Source: a virus
Lineage: Duplodnaviria > Caudoviricetes
Length of the DNA stretch: 64,000 bases
Virus record (IMG/VR): IMGVR_UViG_3300027983_002389
Direction: 5' to 3' (one strand)
The notes under the pieces were generated by a model that worked only from the letters and a program-made list of their open reading frames with translations, did no database searches and was not told where the DNA came from. Made by a program: the position numbers and the translations under genes. Positions 1 to 8,321 of the stretch are shown piece by piece; the stretch's first letter is position 1; every line of letters begins with the position of its first letter.

Positions 1-17
1 TTTTATGGAGTCGATCA

Positions 18-1457
18 ATGAAAACTTTACCTGAAGTCAAGATAGACATAGCCTCTGGCTCAAAGCCATACTATGTCTATCTCCTTTTTAAGCCAGATGG
101 AACACCTTTTTATGTTGGAAAAGGTAAGAGCAATCGAATCTCGGCACATGAGGCAGAGACACGTTACTTTTTGAATGGAAGAATTTGGAAGGGTTTGAAT
201 ACATTCAAGGTTAATACAATTGCCAAGATTTGGTCGAATGATGGGGCGGTTCAATACCAGATTGATAGTTGGTATGACGAAAGTGTTGAAGCTGGAAAAA
301 GAGAAATTGAATTGGTCGAACAACTCGGCAGGAGGATTTTGGATACTGGTCCATTGACTAATATCCGTGATGGTGGCGATCTTATGACAGAAGAAGATCG
401 TCGAATATTTGGAGAAAAAATACGGCAGTATTACATTGACCATCCAGAAGCCAGAGAGGCAGCGTCAGAGAGATTCAAGCAGTATTACATTGACCATCCA
501 GAAGCCAGAGAGGCAGCGTCAGAGAGATTCAAGCAGTATTACATTGACCATCCAGAAGCCAGAGAGGCAGCGTCAGAGAGATTCAAGCAGTATTACATAG
601 ACCATCCAGAAGCCAGAGAGGCAGCGTCAGAGAGATTCAAGCAGTATTACATAGACCATCCAGAAGCCAGAGAGGCAGCGTCAGAACGGATGCGACAGCA
701 TTACATTGACCATCCAGAAGCCAGGGAGCATCTTTCTGAGGTATTGACAAATTACTGTATAGAGCATCCTGAGTTTGTCCAGAACCTCATTGATTGCAAG
801 AATGAGTGGATTGCGAGCAAGCCTGAAGAGTATGCCGAGGCGGAGCGGAAGCGATTAGAAATTTGTCAAACTCAGGATCATCGTGATAAAATTCGCAATA
901 TAATGCGAGGATATTTTGCAGATCATCCTGATGAGTTGAACCGCTTAAAGAAGCAGGGTGCGGCATATTTTGTGGACAATCCAGAGGCGATAGAGCAGGC
1001 ACGTCAGAATTCGATTAGGAACAACACTGGTCAGAAATTGGTAGATTGGTATGCGAGCGGCGATCCGAAAGTTGTATCTGCCCGTCAAGAAAAATATGAG
1101 GCACATTCTGAATTTTTAACGCAGTGGCACGAGACAGAAGAGGGAAAGAAAAAGACAAAGCAAGCTGCGATAAAGAGAAACGAGAAAATAAGGACGGATG
1201 AACATCGCAGTTTAATATCGAAGAAGACTGCGGATTACATTAAGAACAATCCTGAAGCGGACAAGTTGAGGCGAGAGAAGGCATTGGCTACGAAGATGCC
1301 AAAAATATTGGAGAGACAGAAAAGGTTATTGGCGATTCAAGAAGAGTTGTATTCTTCTGGCAAGGTGAGTCGCAAGTACGAATACATTACTGGAAAAATT
1401 TTGTATTCGTGGAAGAAGAAGGGTCTAGTAGATGCTTTTCGCAACCAAACTGGTTAA
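18..1457 (+). CDS. GIY-YIG family endonuclease with tandem 18-aa repeats (probable homing endonuclease)
   Basis: N-terminal YYVY...FYVGKG..NR..H and GPLTNIRDGG motifs, followed by repeats of YYIDHPEAREAASERFKQ. Confidence 0.75.
   Translation: MKTLPEVKIDIASGSKPYYVYLLFKPDGTPFYVGKGKSNRISAHEAETRYFLNGRIWKGLNTFKVNTIAKIWSNDGAVQYQIDSWYDESVEAGKREIELVEQLGRRILDTGPLTNIRDGGDLMTEEDRRIFGEKIRQYYIDHPEAREAASERFKQYYIDHPEAREAASERFKQYYIDHPEAREAASERFKQYYIDHPEAREAASERFKQYYIDHPEAREAASERMRQHYIDHPEAREHLSEVLTNYCIEHPEFVQNLIDCKNEWIASKPEEYAEAERKRLEICQTQDHRDKIRNIMRGYFADHPDELNRLKKQGAAYFVDNPEAIEQARQNSIRNNTGQKLVDWYASGDPKVVSARQEKYEAHSEFLTQWHETEEGKKKTKQAAIKRNEKIRTDEHRSLISKKTADYIKNNPEADKLRREKALATKMPKILERQKRLLAIQEELYSSGKVSRKYEYITGKILYSWKKKGLVDAFRNQTG
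426..725 (+). repeat. 54-bp coding tandem repeat, about 5.5 copies
   Basis: Unit cagtattacattgaccatccagaagccagagaggcagcgtcagagagattcaag starts at 426, 480, 534, 588, 642 and partially at 696. Confidence 0.95.
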
Positions 1458-1468
1458 TGGAGAGATGA

Positions 1469-1783
1469 ATGGACGAATATGATCAAATGCGAAAGGCTAA
1501 GGAAATCGGCAAGTTAATGAAAGAGTATCGACTTTTGCATGACTTGTCTTTAAGATCGGAGTCAGTGCGAAGAGGGATTAGTTCGTCATTATTAAGTCGC
1601 ATGGAGCAAGGTAAAGTGATTCCTATCTTGCCGGTTGGTATGCGTGTTAGATTAAACGGTATTCATCCTGGCGTAGGTGTCGTCGTCGAAGAACAGTCAT
1701 CTGGAGTGATGATAAAATTTGATGATTTTGATTATCCAAACGCATATTTTTGGTACGAGGTAGACCCAGACTTTGATCGTTGA
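1469..1783 (+). CDS. XRE-like helix-turn-helix protein
   Basis: LSLR...RGISSSLLSRMEQG pattern; GGAGA SD. Confidence 0.55.
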   Translation: MDEYDQMRKAKEIGKLMKEYRLLHDLSLRSESVRRGISSSLLSRMEQGKVIPILPVGMRVRLNGIHPGVGVVVEEQSSGVMIKFDDFDYPNAYFWYEVDPDFDR

Positions 1784-1789
1784 TTTTTA

Positions 1790-2155
1790 GTGTTTTCTGT
1801 AGGATTTACAATGTTGCGACGATTGATTGATATGTTTAGATTGCCGGGTTCTAAGCCAATCGTTAAAAAGCGATCTAGCAAAGATGGGGAATCAATCACT
1901 GAAGATGAAGGTTTGTTCATTGCTTATTGTTACAAGAATAAGTTGCCTTCTTGTCCTGATTGTCAAGAAGGCCATTTAATTGAAGGTCCACAAGGGGCGG
2001 GATCAAATAATTGTTTGTGCAATAATTGTTTAAGCGAGTTTAGTATTTATTGGATTTCTGAAGGCGAATTGATAGGCGAAAGAATCAGTGATCCTAGAGG
2101 TTGTAAAGAAGAAAGATTAAGAACAGTTTATGGAATTGCACAAAAGGTTGATTGA
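1790..2155 (+). CDS. hypothetical Zn-ribbon protein
   Basis: CPDC...CNNC; gene-packed position. Confidence 0.5.
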   Translation: MFSVGFTMLRRLIDMFRLPGSKPIVKKRSSKDGESITEDEGLFIAYCYKNKLPSCPDCQEGHLIEGPQGAGSNNCLCNNCLSEFSIYWISEGELIGERISDPRGCKEERLRTVYGIAQKVD

Positions 2156-2838
2156 TGTTTAATCCAAGTAAAAGGTTGATAGCAGTTGGCGACATTCATG
2201 GGTGTGCCAATCCTCTTCGAGTAATATTGAAGGATATTGACCCACAACCAGAAGACACGATTGTATTTCTTGGTGATTGCATAAATCGTGGTCCTGACAG
2301 CAAGGATGTAATCGAACAGATTATTGCCCTCAAAGATAAATGTCACGTCGAGACGATATTGGGCAATCACGAGGAAATGCTGTTGGGGGCATATCAGGGC
2401 GGTAAATCCGATCATGCGTTCTGGTGCAAGTTTGGTGGCGACACAACTTTGGCTTCCTATGGTGTGGCAACTGCTAAGGATATTCCTGGGGAGCATTTAT
2501 TGTTCATTGCTCACTGCAAAGATTATCTCGAAACAGAAGATTTCATTTTTGTTCATGCTGGTTGCTCGTCGTTCAAGCCATTGAATGAAAACAGTGGCTC
2601 CGTGTTGCGATGGGACAGATTGGACAAAGACAAGCCGCCACACGAGAGCGGCAAAACTATTGTGTGTGGACACACAGTTCAAAAACAGATATTTGACTTG
2701 GGACATATCTGTTGTATTGACACAGGGTGCGGCGTTTGGCCCGGTGGTCGCTTGACTGCGATTGACTTTATCTCCGGCAAGATTTGGCAAGCCGGTGGTC
2801 GCAGCAAGAAGGCAACAATCAAACAGAGGGGACAATAA
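2152..2838 (+). CDS. metallophosphoesterase (Ser/Thr protein phosphatase, PphA-like)
   Basis: GDIHG, GDCINRG, GNHE, HAG, GHT, IDTG motifs. Confidence 0.9.
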   Translation: MMFNPSKRLIAVGDIHGCANPLRVILKDIDPQPEDTIVFLGDCINRGPDSKDVIEQIIALKDKCHVETILGNHEEMLLGAYQGGKSDHAFWCKFGGDTTLASYGVATAKDIPGEHLLFIAHCKDYLETEDFIFVHAGCSSFKPLNENSGSVLRWDRLDKDKPPHESGKTIVCGHTVQKQIFDLGHICCIDTGCGVWPGGRLTAIDFISGKIWQAGGRSKKATIKQRGQ

Positions 2839-3269
2839 TGTTCAGACCAGCAGGAAATTTTGCATATTTCACCAAGGAAGGTCACGAAACCATTGCAGCT
2901 ACGGCGAGCATGGCTTTGACTCATTGGTATATGAGAAAGCTGCCCAAGCTGGACGACATTCCTGACCCATTGCCAGTTCTTGAAGTGATACCGATTGCAA
3001 GGCCCTTTCCTGGACCATACGATCAAAATTTTTTGCCGGTCGTAATCGGCTGCATCGAGAGAACTTACGGAACGGCACCAGAAATCGCTCCCGTATTTTT
3101 GAGTCGAGAATGGTACAATAACTTACCAGAACGCCTTAACGACCATAAGATTGTCGTTCAGGCTCGTCGTGATGCCGACCCTAAAGTGGTCGCTTACGAG
3201 GAAGTTTGTCTGAGTATCCTCAAGTGGTTGGCAAAGTATGGAGACGTTATTGACCTGGAGGAACCTTGA
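2838..3269 (+). CDS. hypothetical protein
   Basis: TAATG overlap with upstream stop; SD GAGGGG. Confidence 0.6.
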   Translation: MFRPAGNFAYFTKEGHETIAATASMALTHWYMRKLPKLDDIPDPLPVLEVIPIARPFPGPYDQNFLPVVIGCIERTYGTAPEIAPVFLSREWYNNLPERLNDHKIVVQARRDADPKVVAYEEVCLSILKWLAKYGDVIDLEEP

Positions 3270-3289
3270 GCGTATACTTGGATTGCACA

Positions 3290-3460
3290 CAAAAGAAAAA
3301 TTTGCCGGAAACCTGAAGTTGACTTTACAAGGATGGAAAGTCGTGGTAGAATGAATGACACAACGCTGACGGAACCCGATAACGAATCAAAAGAAAAATT
3401 TGCCGGAAACCTGAAGTTGACTTTACAAGGATGGAAAGTCGTGGTAGAATGAATGACACA
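3290..3460 (+). promoter_or_regulatory. duplicated sigma70-like promoter (73-bp direct repeat)
   Basis: 3290-3362 = 3388-3460; each has TTTACA-17-TAGAAT with TG extended -10 (3324-3352, 3422-3450). Confidence 0.8.
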
Positions 3461-3461
3461 T

Positions 3462-3551
3462 GGCGGGGTAGCTCAGTCCGTTAGAGCATTGTGAATAGGG
3501 ACCGAAAGGTTTACTAACATAAGGTCGGAGGTTAAAATCCTTCCCCTGCCA
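3462..3551 (+). ncRNA. tRNA-like RNA with hairpin insertion in the anticodon loop
   Basis: Acceptor GGCGGGG/CCCTGCC-A, D and T arms present; anticodon stem TTGTG/CATAA encloses 24 nt containing GACC-GAAA-GGTT. Confidence 0.7.
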
Positions 3552-3555
3552 CTTA

Positions 3556-3852
3556 TGTCCTGCGATGAGCAGGAACAGATGGTGATTGTGGCCCCAACTC
3601 TCGCAAGAGAAGGGGGCTGGTTCAACACAGTCTAAGAATATAGTGACCCGACTCCAATAGAGGCATGTGCATAGTCTGAACAACGAAGCATGTGCTGATC
3701 CGGGTAGGTTGCTTCGGCGACCAAACACTGTATTTGATATTGGAGCCATCGAACGCAAACGACGGTTTGAACCCGTCAAGAACTTGTGAGTCAAATGCCG
3801 TCAGGACTACATTTGCAAAACGAACGTCTTGGCAATTATTTGTTGACTTGCA
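3556..3852 (+). ncRNA. putative structured non-coding RNA
   Basis: No credible ORF; hairpins TCTC-GCAA-GAGA and GGTTGC-TTCG-GCGACC; closing GATGGT/GCCATC. Confidence 0.45.
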
Positions 3853-3857
3853 TTTAT

Positions 3858-3978
3858 GGGTTGGTAGCTCAATGGCCTGTTTACAGGGAGGCAGATTATA
3901 TTGATCGTAAGGTCAGTGTAATCACTTCAGAGCGCCGTAGTAATACGGAGGTAGCTGGTTCGATTCCAGCCCGGCCCA
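3858..3978 (+). ncRNA. anticodon-less tRNA-like RNA (GUAA tetraloop, D-loop hairpin insert)
   Basis: GGGTTGG/CCGGCCC-A; D stem GCTC/GAGC with long insert; CCGTA-GTAA-TACGG; GCTGG-TTCGATT-CCAGC. Confidence 0.75.
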
Positions 3979-3982
3979 CTAT

Positions 3983-4184
3983 GGGGAAGTATTAGAATCC
4001 AACACAGAGCCGTTGGAGTGGAAAAGCAGTCTAGGTTCACGGAGCAATCCGCATGTGAATGTTAATGGGGCAACTTACCGCTCATTCTAGCGAGGCCAAC
4101 TCATAAACATGAACCAAGAGGGGCGACTCTCGAATGACTGCCGAGAATACTTCGGTGATGCTGGTTCGAGTCCAGCCTTCCCCA
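3983..4184 (+). ncRNA. about 200-nt RNA with tRNA-like acceptor stem and T arm
   Basis: GGGGAAG/CTTCCCC-A; GCTGG-TTCGAGT-CCAGC; large internal region. Confidence 0.65.
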
Positions 4185-4188
4185 CTAC

Positions 4189-4299
4189 GCAGTGGTAGCT
4201 CAAATAGAACCGTTTTACAGGTAGTGGCAACATTACCTGCATTTGGTAGAGCCTTCCGTAAGGAAGAGGTTGAAGGTGCGAGTCCTTCCCACTGCACCA
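4189..4299 (+). ncRNA. anticodon-less tRNA-like RNA with encoded CCA
   Basis: GCAGTGG/CCACTGC-ACCA; D-loop insert CAGGTAGTG-GCAA-CATTACCTG; CTTCC-GTAA-GGAAG. Confidence 0.75.
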
Positions 4300-4300
4300 T

Positions 4301-4430
4301 GTCGGGGTAGTAGAACGGAATGTACAACTAGGATCACCACATTAAGCCGTAAGGCTTTCATTGGCTCCAATGACTGTACAGAGAATGCCACAGTAATGTG
4401 GAGATGCAGGTTCGATTCCTGCCCCCGGCA
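4301..4430 (+). ncRNA. tRNA-like RNA with multibranch domain replacing the anticodon loop
   Basis: GTCGGGG/CCCCGGC-A; CCACATTA/TAATGTGG; T arm GCAGG-TTCGATT-CCTGC; decayed duplicate of the 3' part at about 4455-4610. Confidence 0.65.
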
Positions 4431-4608
4431 CTTAAATTTAACATTTAACATTTAACATTAAAGCCGCAAGGCTTTCGTTGATTCCAATGACTGTACAGAG
4501 AATGTGTACCCGAGTTCTGGCTAAGACGTTATGGCTGCTTGTCAGCGGGATTATCATCTTCATCAGCAACCCCACAGTAATGTGGAGATGCAGGTTCGAT
4601 CCCCCCGG

Positions 4609-4670
4609 CATTCAACATTCAACATTCAACATTCAACATTCAACATTCAACATTCAACATTCAACATTCA
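4609..4670 (+). repeat. (CATTCAA)n, about 9 copies
   Basis: Direct reading; related (ATTTAAC)n at 4436-4459. Confidence 0.95.
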
Positions 4671-4758
4671 GTGTGTCCTTTGCCCGGTCACGTGACGGGC
4701 GAAGTTAAGGCCCTGTGAGATCGAGTACGTTAACCCGGTTGGCGAGTTGGTCAGGTCA

Positions 4759-4806
4759 ACACTCACACTCACACTCACACTCACACTCACACTCACACTC
4801 ACACTC
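4759..4806 (+). repeat. (ACACTC)x8
   Basis: Direct reading; lies immediately before the SD of 4824. Confidence 0.95.
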
Positions 4807-4823
4807 AACAGGAGACTCAAACG

Positions 4824-5306
4824 ATGGCGTCCGATTTGACAACGATTTCACTTGCGAAGGCTTTGAAGCTGAAGAACCGTCTGGCTGGTCGTCTGAACAA
4901 GGTTCAGAATGACATTGTAACATTCAACTCTGTGTTGACCGAACAGGCCAACCAGGTTGATGTTGCTGCTTTGTTTAAGCTGCGTGACGAGATTGCCGAA
5001 AACATGATCGTCTTGAAGACGAAGATCATCGTCTCGAATTCTGAAATTCAGGGCGACCTGATTCGTCAGGGTGAGTTGAAGTCCAAGTTGACGTGGCTGG
5101 CTACGCTCGACACCCGTGACGGCAAAGAGCGTCATGGATACCAAAACACCGAAGTCACCTGGACGGCCACTCTCAAGAAGAAAGACGTGGACGACGAAAC
5201 CAGGAAGCTGGAAACCGAGATCGACGCCATCCAGGACAAGCTGGACAGCTTCAACCACACCAAAAAAGTGGACGTTGCTGATCGTTCGCTAGAACTCGCC
5301 AGCTAA
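4824..5306 (+). CDS. coiled-coil protein resembling the DIP1984 (DUF6847) family
   Basis: AGGAGA SD; N-terminal LAKALKLKNRL and C-terminal IDAIQDKLDSFNH resemble that family (by eye). Confidence 0.6.
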   Translation: MASDLTTISLAKALKLKNRLAGRLNKVQNDIVTFNSVLTEQANQVDVAALFKLRDEIAENMIVLKTKIIVSNSEIQGDLIRQGELKSKLTWLATLDTRDGKERHGYQNTEVTWTATLKKKDVDDETRKLETEIDAIQDKLDSFNHTKKVDVADRSLELAS

Positions 5307-5315
5307 CACGAGCCA

Positions 5316-5515
5316 CCACGATCCGGGAGAGTAAGAGGTCTGTGAGGAAACTATCGGGGGTTTCGGCCACCGATGGTCGTTTCTGCGAAAGCAGATACAT
5401 TACATAATATTCTCGGTCAAGGTTACGCCTTATAGTTGAAACCTGATTGATTCAAACTGTAAACTTCAAAAGTCAAAACTTTTCCCCTCCTGGCTTTCCC
5501 TTTTCCGGGTCGTGG
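5316..5515 (+). ncRNA. putative closed 200-nt structured RNA downstream of the DIP1984-like gene
   Basis: CCACGATCCGGGAGAG (5316-5331) pairs with CTTTTCCGGGTCGTGG (5500-5515); internal tetraloop hairpins. Confidence 0.6.
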
Positions 5516-5529
5516 TTTTAATGTGAACA

Positions 5530-5694
5530 TGCCTTGGATGGGGACCAGCATCCTCCCAAAGTTGACCATGTGTTGGTGAAAGGTAGCATCTTCGGATGCC
5601 AACCCTCTTTGAGAATGAGCCAAACGTCTAGTGCCGAGTAGCTTATTCTACAATACGCCTTCTACCAAATGGTGGAAGCGGCCCCATCCAGGCA
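5530..5694 (+). ncRNA. putative multibranch structured RNA
   Basis: TGCCTTGGATGGGG pairs with CCCCATCCAGGCA; internal GCATC-TTCG-GATGC and AGAATGAGC/GCTTATTCT. Confidence 0.55.
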
Positions 5695-5701
5695 CCTTAT
5701 T

Positions 5702-6010
5702 ATGACAACAACTGCTGAACTGAAAGACGACTGGCAAAAATATGGCGTTGATATTCAAGGGGTTATTCGTCCCTTGAAAGAATGCTTTGTGATTTGCTGG
5801 GGACCGACGCCGGATATTCCTGATGCCCTCCTGTTCGATACAGGTGGTGAACAGGGCGCTCCGGCATACACACTGAGAATGAGTGAGAATGGGGAAGACT
5901 TAATTTCCGTTAACCCCGTGAATCCTGCCGAAACAAATGTCTTGGGAAAGTTGGTCCTTTTGGAAAATTCTGGAGATAAGGTCGAACCTTTTCCAGAATC
6001 GACTCTCTAG
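5702..6010 (+). CDS. hypothetical protein
   Basis: ORF; start moved to ATG 5702, outside the RNA stem. Confidence 0.55.
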   Translation: MTTTAELKDDWQKYGVDIQGVIRPLKECFVICWGPTPDIPDALLFDTGGEQGAPAYTLRMSENGEDLISVNPVNPAETNVLGKLVLLENSGDKVEPFPESTL

Positions 6011-6134
6011 TATTGTGTGGCCTCCCGGCAGTCACATATGGTTAGCGAAGCCGGGACTTTGCGAAAAAAGATTTTTCTTGAAAAAGTGAACCTTTTTTTG
6101 ATTTGAGTCGTCTATAATACAGAAGAGAAAATGT

Positions 6135-6193
6135 AGCGGGTTGGAGGCAAGGCTCATAACCTTGAGACACTGGTTCGAGTCCAGTACCCGCCA
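6135..6193 (+). pseudogene. tRNA-Met(CAT) lacking the D arm
   Basis: CAAGG-CTCATAA-CCTTG, T arm and acceptor intact; D arm absent compared with the copy at 6221. Confidence 0.7.
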
Positions 6194-6220
6194 CTAGGTC
6201 GAAAGACCTTGAAACAATGA

Positions 6221-6294
6221 CGTAGGGTGGAGCAGTTTGGTAGCTCGCAAGGCTCATAACCTTGAGGCCGCAGGTTCAAATCCTGCCCCTACCA
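6221..6294 (+). tRNA. tRNA-Met(CAT), initiator-like C1:C72 mismatch
   Basis: Full cloverleaf, loop CTCATAA. Confidence 0.85.
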
Positions 6295-6295
6295 C

Positions 6296-6324
6296 TTTAC
6301 AAGTCGAAAGACTTGTGGTATAAT
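6296..6324 (+). promoter_or_regulatory. sigma70-like promoter of the leader and tRNA array
   Basis: TTTACA-17-TATAAT with TGG extension. Confidence 0.8.
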
Positions 6325-6340
6325 ACTGAAGTTCGATTAA

Positions 6341-6410
6341 CAACACAACACAACACAACACAACACAACACAACACAACACAACACAACACAACACAACA
6401 CAACACAACA
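6341..6410 (+). repeat. (CAACA)x14 in the 5' leader
   Basis: Direct reading. Confidence 0.95.
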
Positions 6411-6435
6411 CGGCTCGTTGCCGTAATCAGGAGAC

Positions 6436-6570
6436 ATGACAATGTTCGTTCAAATCACCAATATCGGTCGCTGGCATAATGGGCAACAAGTCCAGCCGCA
6501 GACAAAGTGCGCCCCCGCAGTGCGCACTTTCGTCGCCAATAAAGGTAATGAAGATACATTGCCTTCCTGA
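6436..6570 (+). CDS. putative 44-aa leader peptide
   Basis: AGGAGA SD, ATG to TGA; MTMFVQITNIGRWHNGQQVQPQTKCAPAVRTFVANKGNEDTLPS; followed by alternative hairpins and a terminator. Confidence 0.6.
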   Translation: MTMFVQITNIGRWHNGQQVQPQTKCAPAVRTFVANKGNEDTLPS

Positions 6571-6630
6571 CCGAACCATACAAGTTCGGCTCAGGATACC
6601 TGAGTCGGACTGAAACAATAAAGTTTCAGC

Positions 6631-6667
6631 AAAAACCCACTCAGGTAAAAACCTGAGTGGGTTTTTT
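6631..6667 (+). terminator. intrinsic terminator / attenuator
   Basis: AAAAACCCACTCAGG-TAAAAA-CCTGAGTGGGTTTTTT. Confidence 0.85.
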
Positions 6668-6680
6668 GTTGGATTTTTAT

Positions 6681-6755
6681 TGCCGGGGGTTCTGTGCTGG
6701 TACGGAAACTTGACTCTGAATCAAGATGACGTAGGTTCGATTCCTACCCCGGCAG
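6681..6755 (+). tRNA. tRNA-Gln(CTG)
   Basis: Cloverleaf, loop CTCTGAA. Confidence 0.8.
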
Positions 6756-6851
6756 CTTGGTTGAAACGACTTTTTGGAGAATGATGATGCTGACACACCG
6801 ATATAAACAGATTCGCTGAGAGGGACGTGTTGCCCTACGGGGCCACAGCAA

Positions 6852-6934
6852 GCGCTCGATGCTGAATTGGTTGCAGCTCCAGACTTTTAATCTGGTTCCG
6901 AAAGGACGTGTGGGTTCGAGTCCCACCGGGCGCA
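6852..6934 (+). tRNA. tRNA-Lys(TTT) with long variable arm
   Basis: Loop CTTTTAA; variable arm TTCC-GAAA-GGA. Confidence 0.75.
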
Positions 6935-6984
6935 TTATATTGGCTTTTATCAAAAGTTTTTGTTAAAAGCTGCATAGATAGTGT

Positions 6985-7479
6985 ATGAAAAAATGCACTA
7001 TTTGTAAGTTGGAAAAGAAGGAAGCTGAGTATAGTAAAAACAGATGTCGAAATGATGGTCTTCAAAACGTATGCAAAAATTGTAATGCACTGCGTTCAAG
7101 ACAGTATTATCTTGAAAAAACCGACGAGCATAGAGAGACAACAAAACTCCGTCGTAATAAGAAACGCCTAGAGCTAAAAAAGAAAATTGATGAATTAAGG
7201 GCGTTGTGTGGGTGTGCGAAATGTGGAGAACAGGATTATGTGTGTATTGATTTTCATCATACTAATCCCGAAGAAAAAGATTTCAATGTATCAATGTCTA
7301 CATCTTATGAGTGGCCTTGGTCCAAAGTTTTAGAGGAAGTATTGAAGTGCGTTTGTCTTTGTGCAAGTTGTCATCGAAAACTGCACGCCGGAAGGTTTGT
7401 GATTGAACCTAGTATGCTTTGTCAGATTGCATTAGAGACAAAAGGTTATGAAACTGCAAGATGTGACGGGAATGAGTGA
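6985..7479 (+). CDS. HNH endonuclease
   Basis: CxxC zinc motifs, IDFHH...KC..LCASCHR.LH. Confidence 0.85.
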   Translation: MKKCTICKLEKKEAEYSKNRCRNDGLQNVCKNCNALRSRQYYLEKTDEHRETTKLRRNKKRLELKKKIDELRALCGCAKCGEQDYVCIDFHHTNPEEKDFNVSMSTSYEWPWSKVLEEVLKCVCLCASCHRKLHAGRFVIEPSMLCQIALETKGYETARCDGNE

Positions 7480-7867
7480 CGCTGATCCGATTCATCGTTA
7501 CTTAGGGATGGTGGATAAATTCCTTGGGGATCACGATTGGTCTGACACCTATCGTAAACTCCTACAGGGCGAATTGATTGAGGCGATGTGGTTATGCCTC
7601 GGTCATCCAGTCCAATATCCAATAGTTGAAGATTATTGCCTCGATAACTTCGAGGAATATCTGAAACAAAAAGGCGAACCTGTAATCGCCGAAATTGTCT
7701 ACAAGTTGAGGCGACGAAAAGGGGAAGAAGGAATTGATAACCACGGTGTTCGAGTTGTTGTCATGTGGCTTGTTGCCAATATGGATGACCTGAAGGCAAG
7801 ATATTTGGAGGAAAGAAATCACCATCGGAAAATAACAGCCGATTGGGGTCCAAGTATGGTGATGTGA
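7448..7867 (+). CDS. hypothetical protein
   Basis: ORF with SD AAAGG. Confidence 0.6.
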   Translation: MKLQDVTGMSDADPIHRYLGMVDKFLGDHDWSDTYRKLLQGELIEAMWLCLGHPVQYPIVEDYCLDNFEEYLKQKGEPVIAEIVYKLRRRKGEEGIDNHGVRVVVMWLVANMDDLKARYLEERNHHRKITADWGPSMVM

Positions 7868-7872
7868 AATAT

Positions 7873-7962
7873 TTTCCGGTACGCTAATTGGTAAGCGGCG
7901 AAGCTGTTAACTTCGTGCAATCCGTCTCGCACGGTATGAAGGTTCGAGTCCTTCCTGGGGAG
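7873..7962 (+). tRNA. tRNA-Asn(GTT) with long variable arm
   Basis: CGAAG-CTGTTAA-CTTCG; T arm GAAGG-TTCGAGT-CCTTC. Confidence 0.7.
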
Positions 7963-7987
7963 CTTGTTCCCGATAGGGAATAAAAAA

Positions 7988-8049
7988 TCCCGTTCGGGAA
8001 TAAATGGTGTTCATCAGCAATGATTTACATGATTTATTCCCGAACGGGA
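7988..8049. repeat. 18-bp perfect inverted repeat
   Basis: TCCCGTTCGGGAATAAAT (7988-8005) / ATTTATTCCCGAACGGGA (8032-8049). Confidence 0.85.
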
Positions 8050-8053
8050 ATGA

Positions 8054-8127
8054 CGGGGTGTGGGCTAAAGGTGAGCCGCCTGATTTGGGATCAGGACATC
8101 GAGTGAGTTCGATTCTCACCACCCCGA
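8054..8127 (+). tRNA. tRNA-Pro(TGG)
   Basis: Cloverleaf, loop TTTGGGA. Confidence 0.85.
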
Positions 8128-8163
8128 CTGATTTTGTTCTTTGACAATTTGGTTGCCAATTAT

Positions 8164-8235
8164 GGCCTGTTAGACTTCGGGTGAGGTCGTCTGCTTCTCA
8201 GGCAGAATAGGTGGGTTTGACTCCCACACAGGTCA
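8164..8235 (+). tRNA. tRNA-Glu(CTC)
   Basis: Loop TTCTCAG. Confidence 0.75.
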
Positions 8236-8242
8236 TTTATAT

Positions 8243-8313
8243 GGGGCGCTGGTATAACGGGATTACGTCTGCTTTGCAAGCAGATTATCGGGGTTCGATT
8301 CCCCGGCGCTCCA
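8243..8313 (+). tRNA. tRNA-Ala(TGC)
   Basis: G3:U70, loop TTTGCAA. Confidence 0.9.
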
Positions 8314-8321
8314 CTGAATTT

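Noticed and set aside
426-725. CRISPR array
   Set aside because: Head-to-tail 54-bp in-frame coding repeats with no spacers; no cas genes in the window.
3290-3460. Repeat-spacer-repeat mini-CRISPR
   Set aside because: The 73-bp repeat is too long and is a duplicated promoter.
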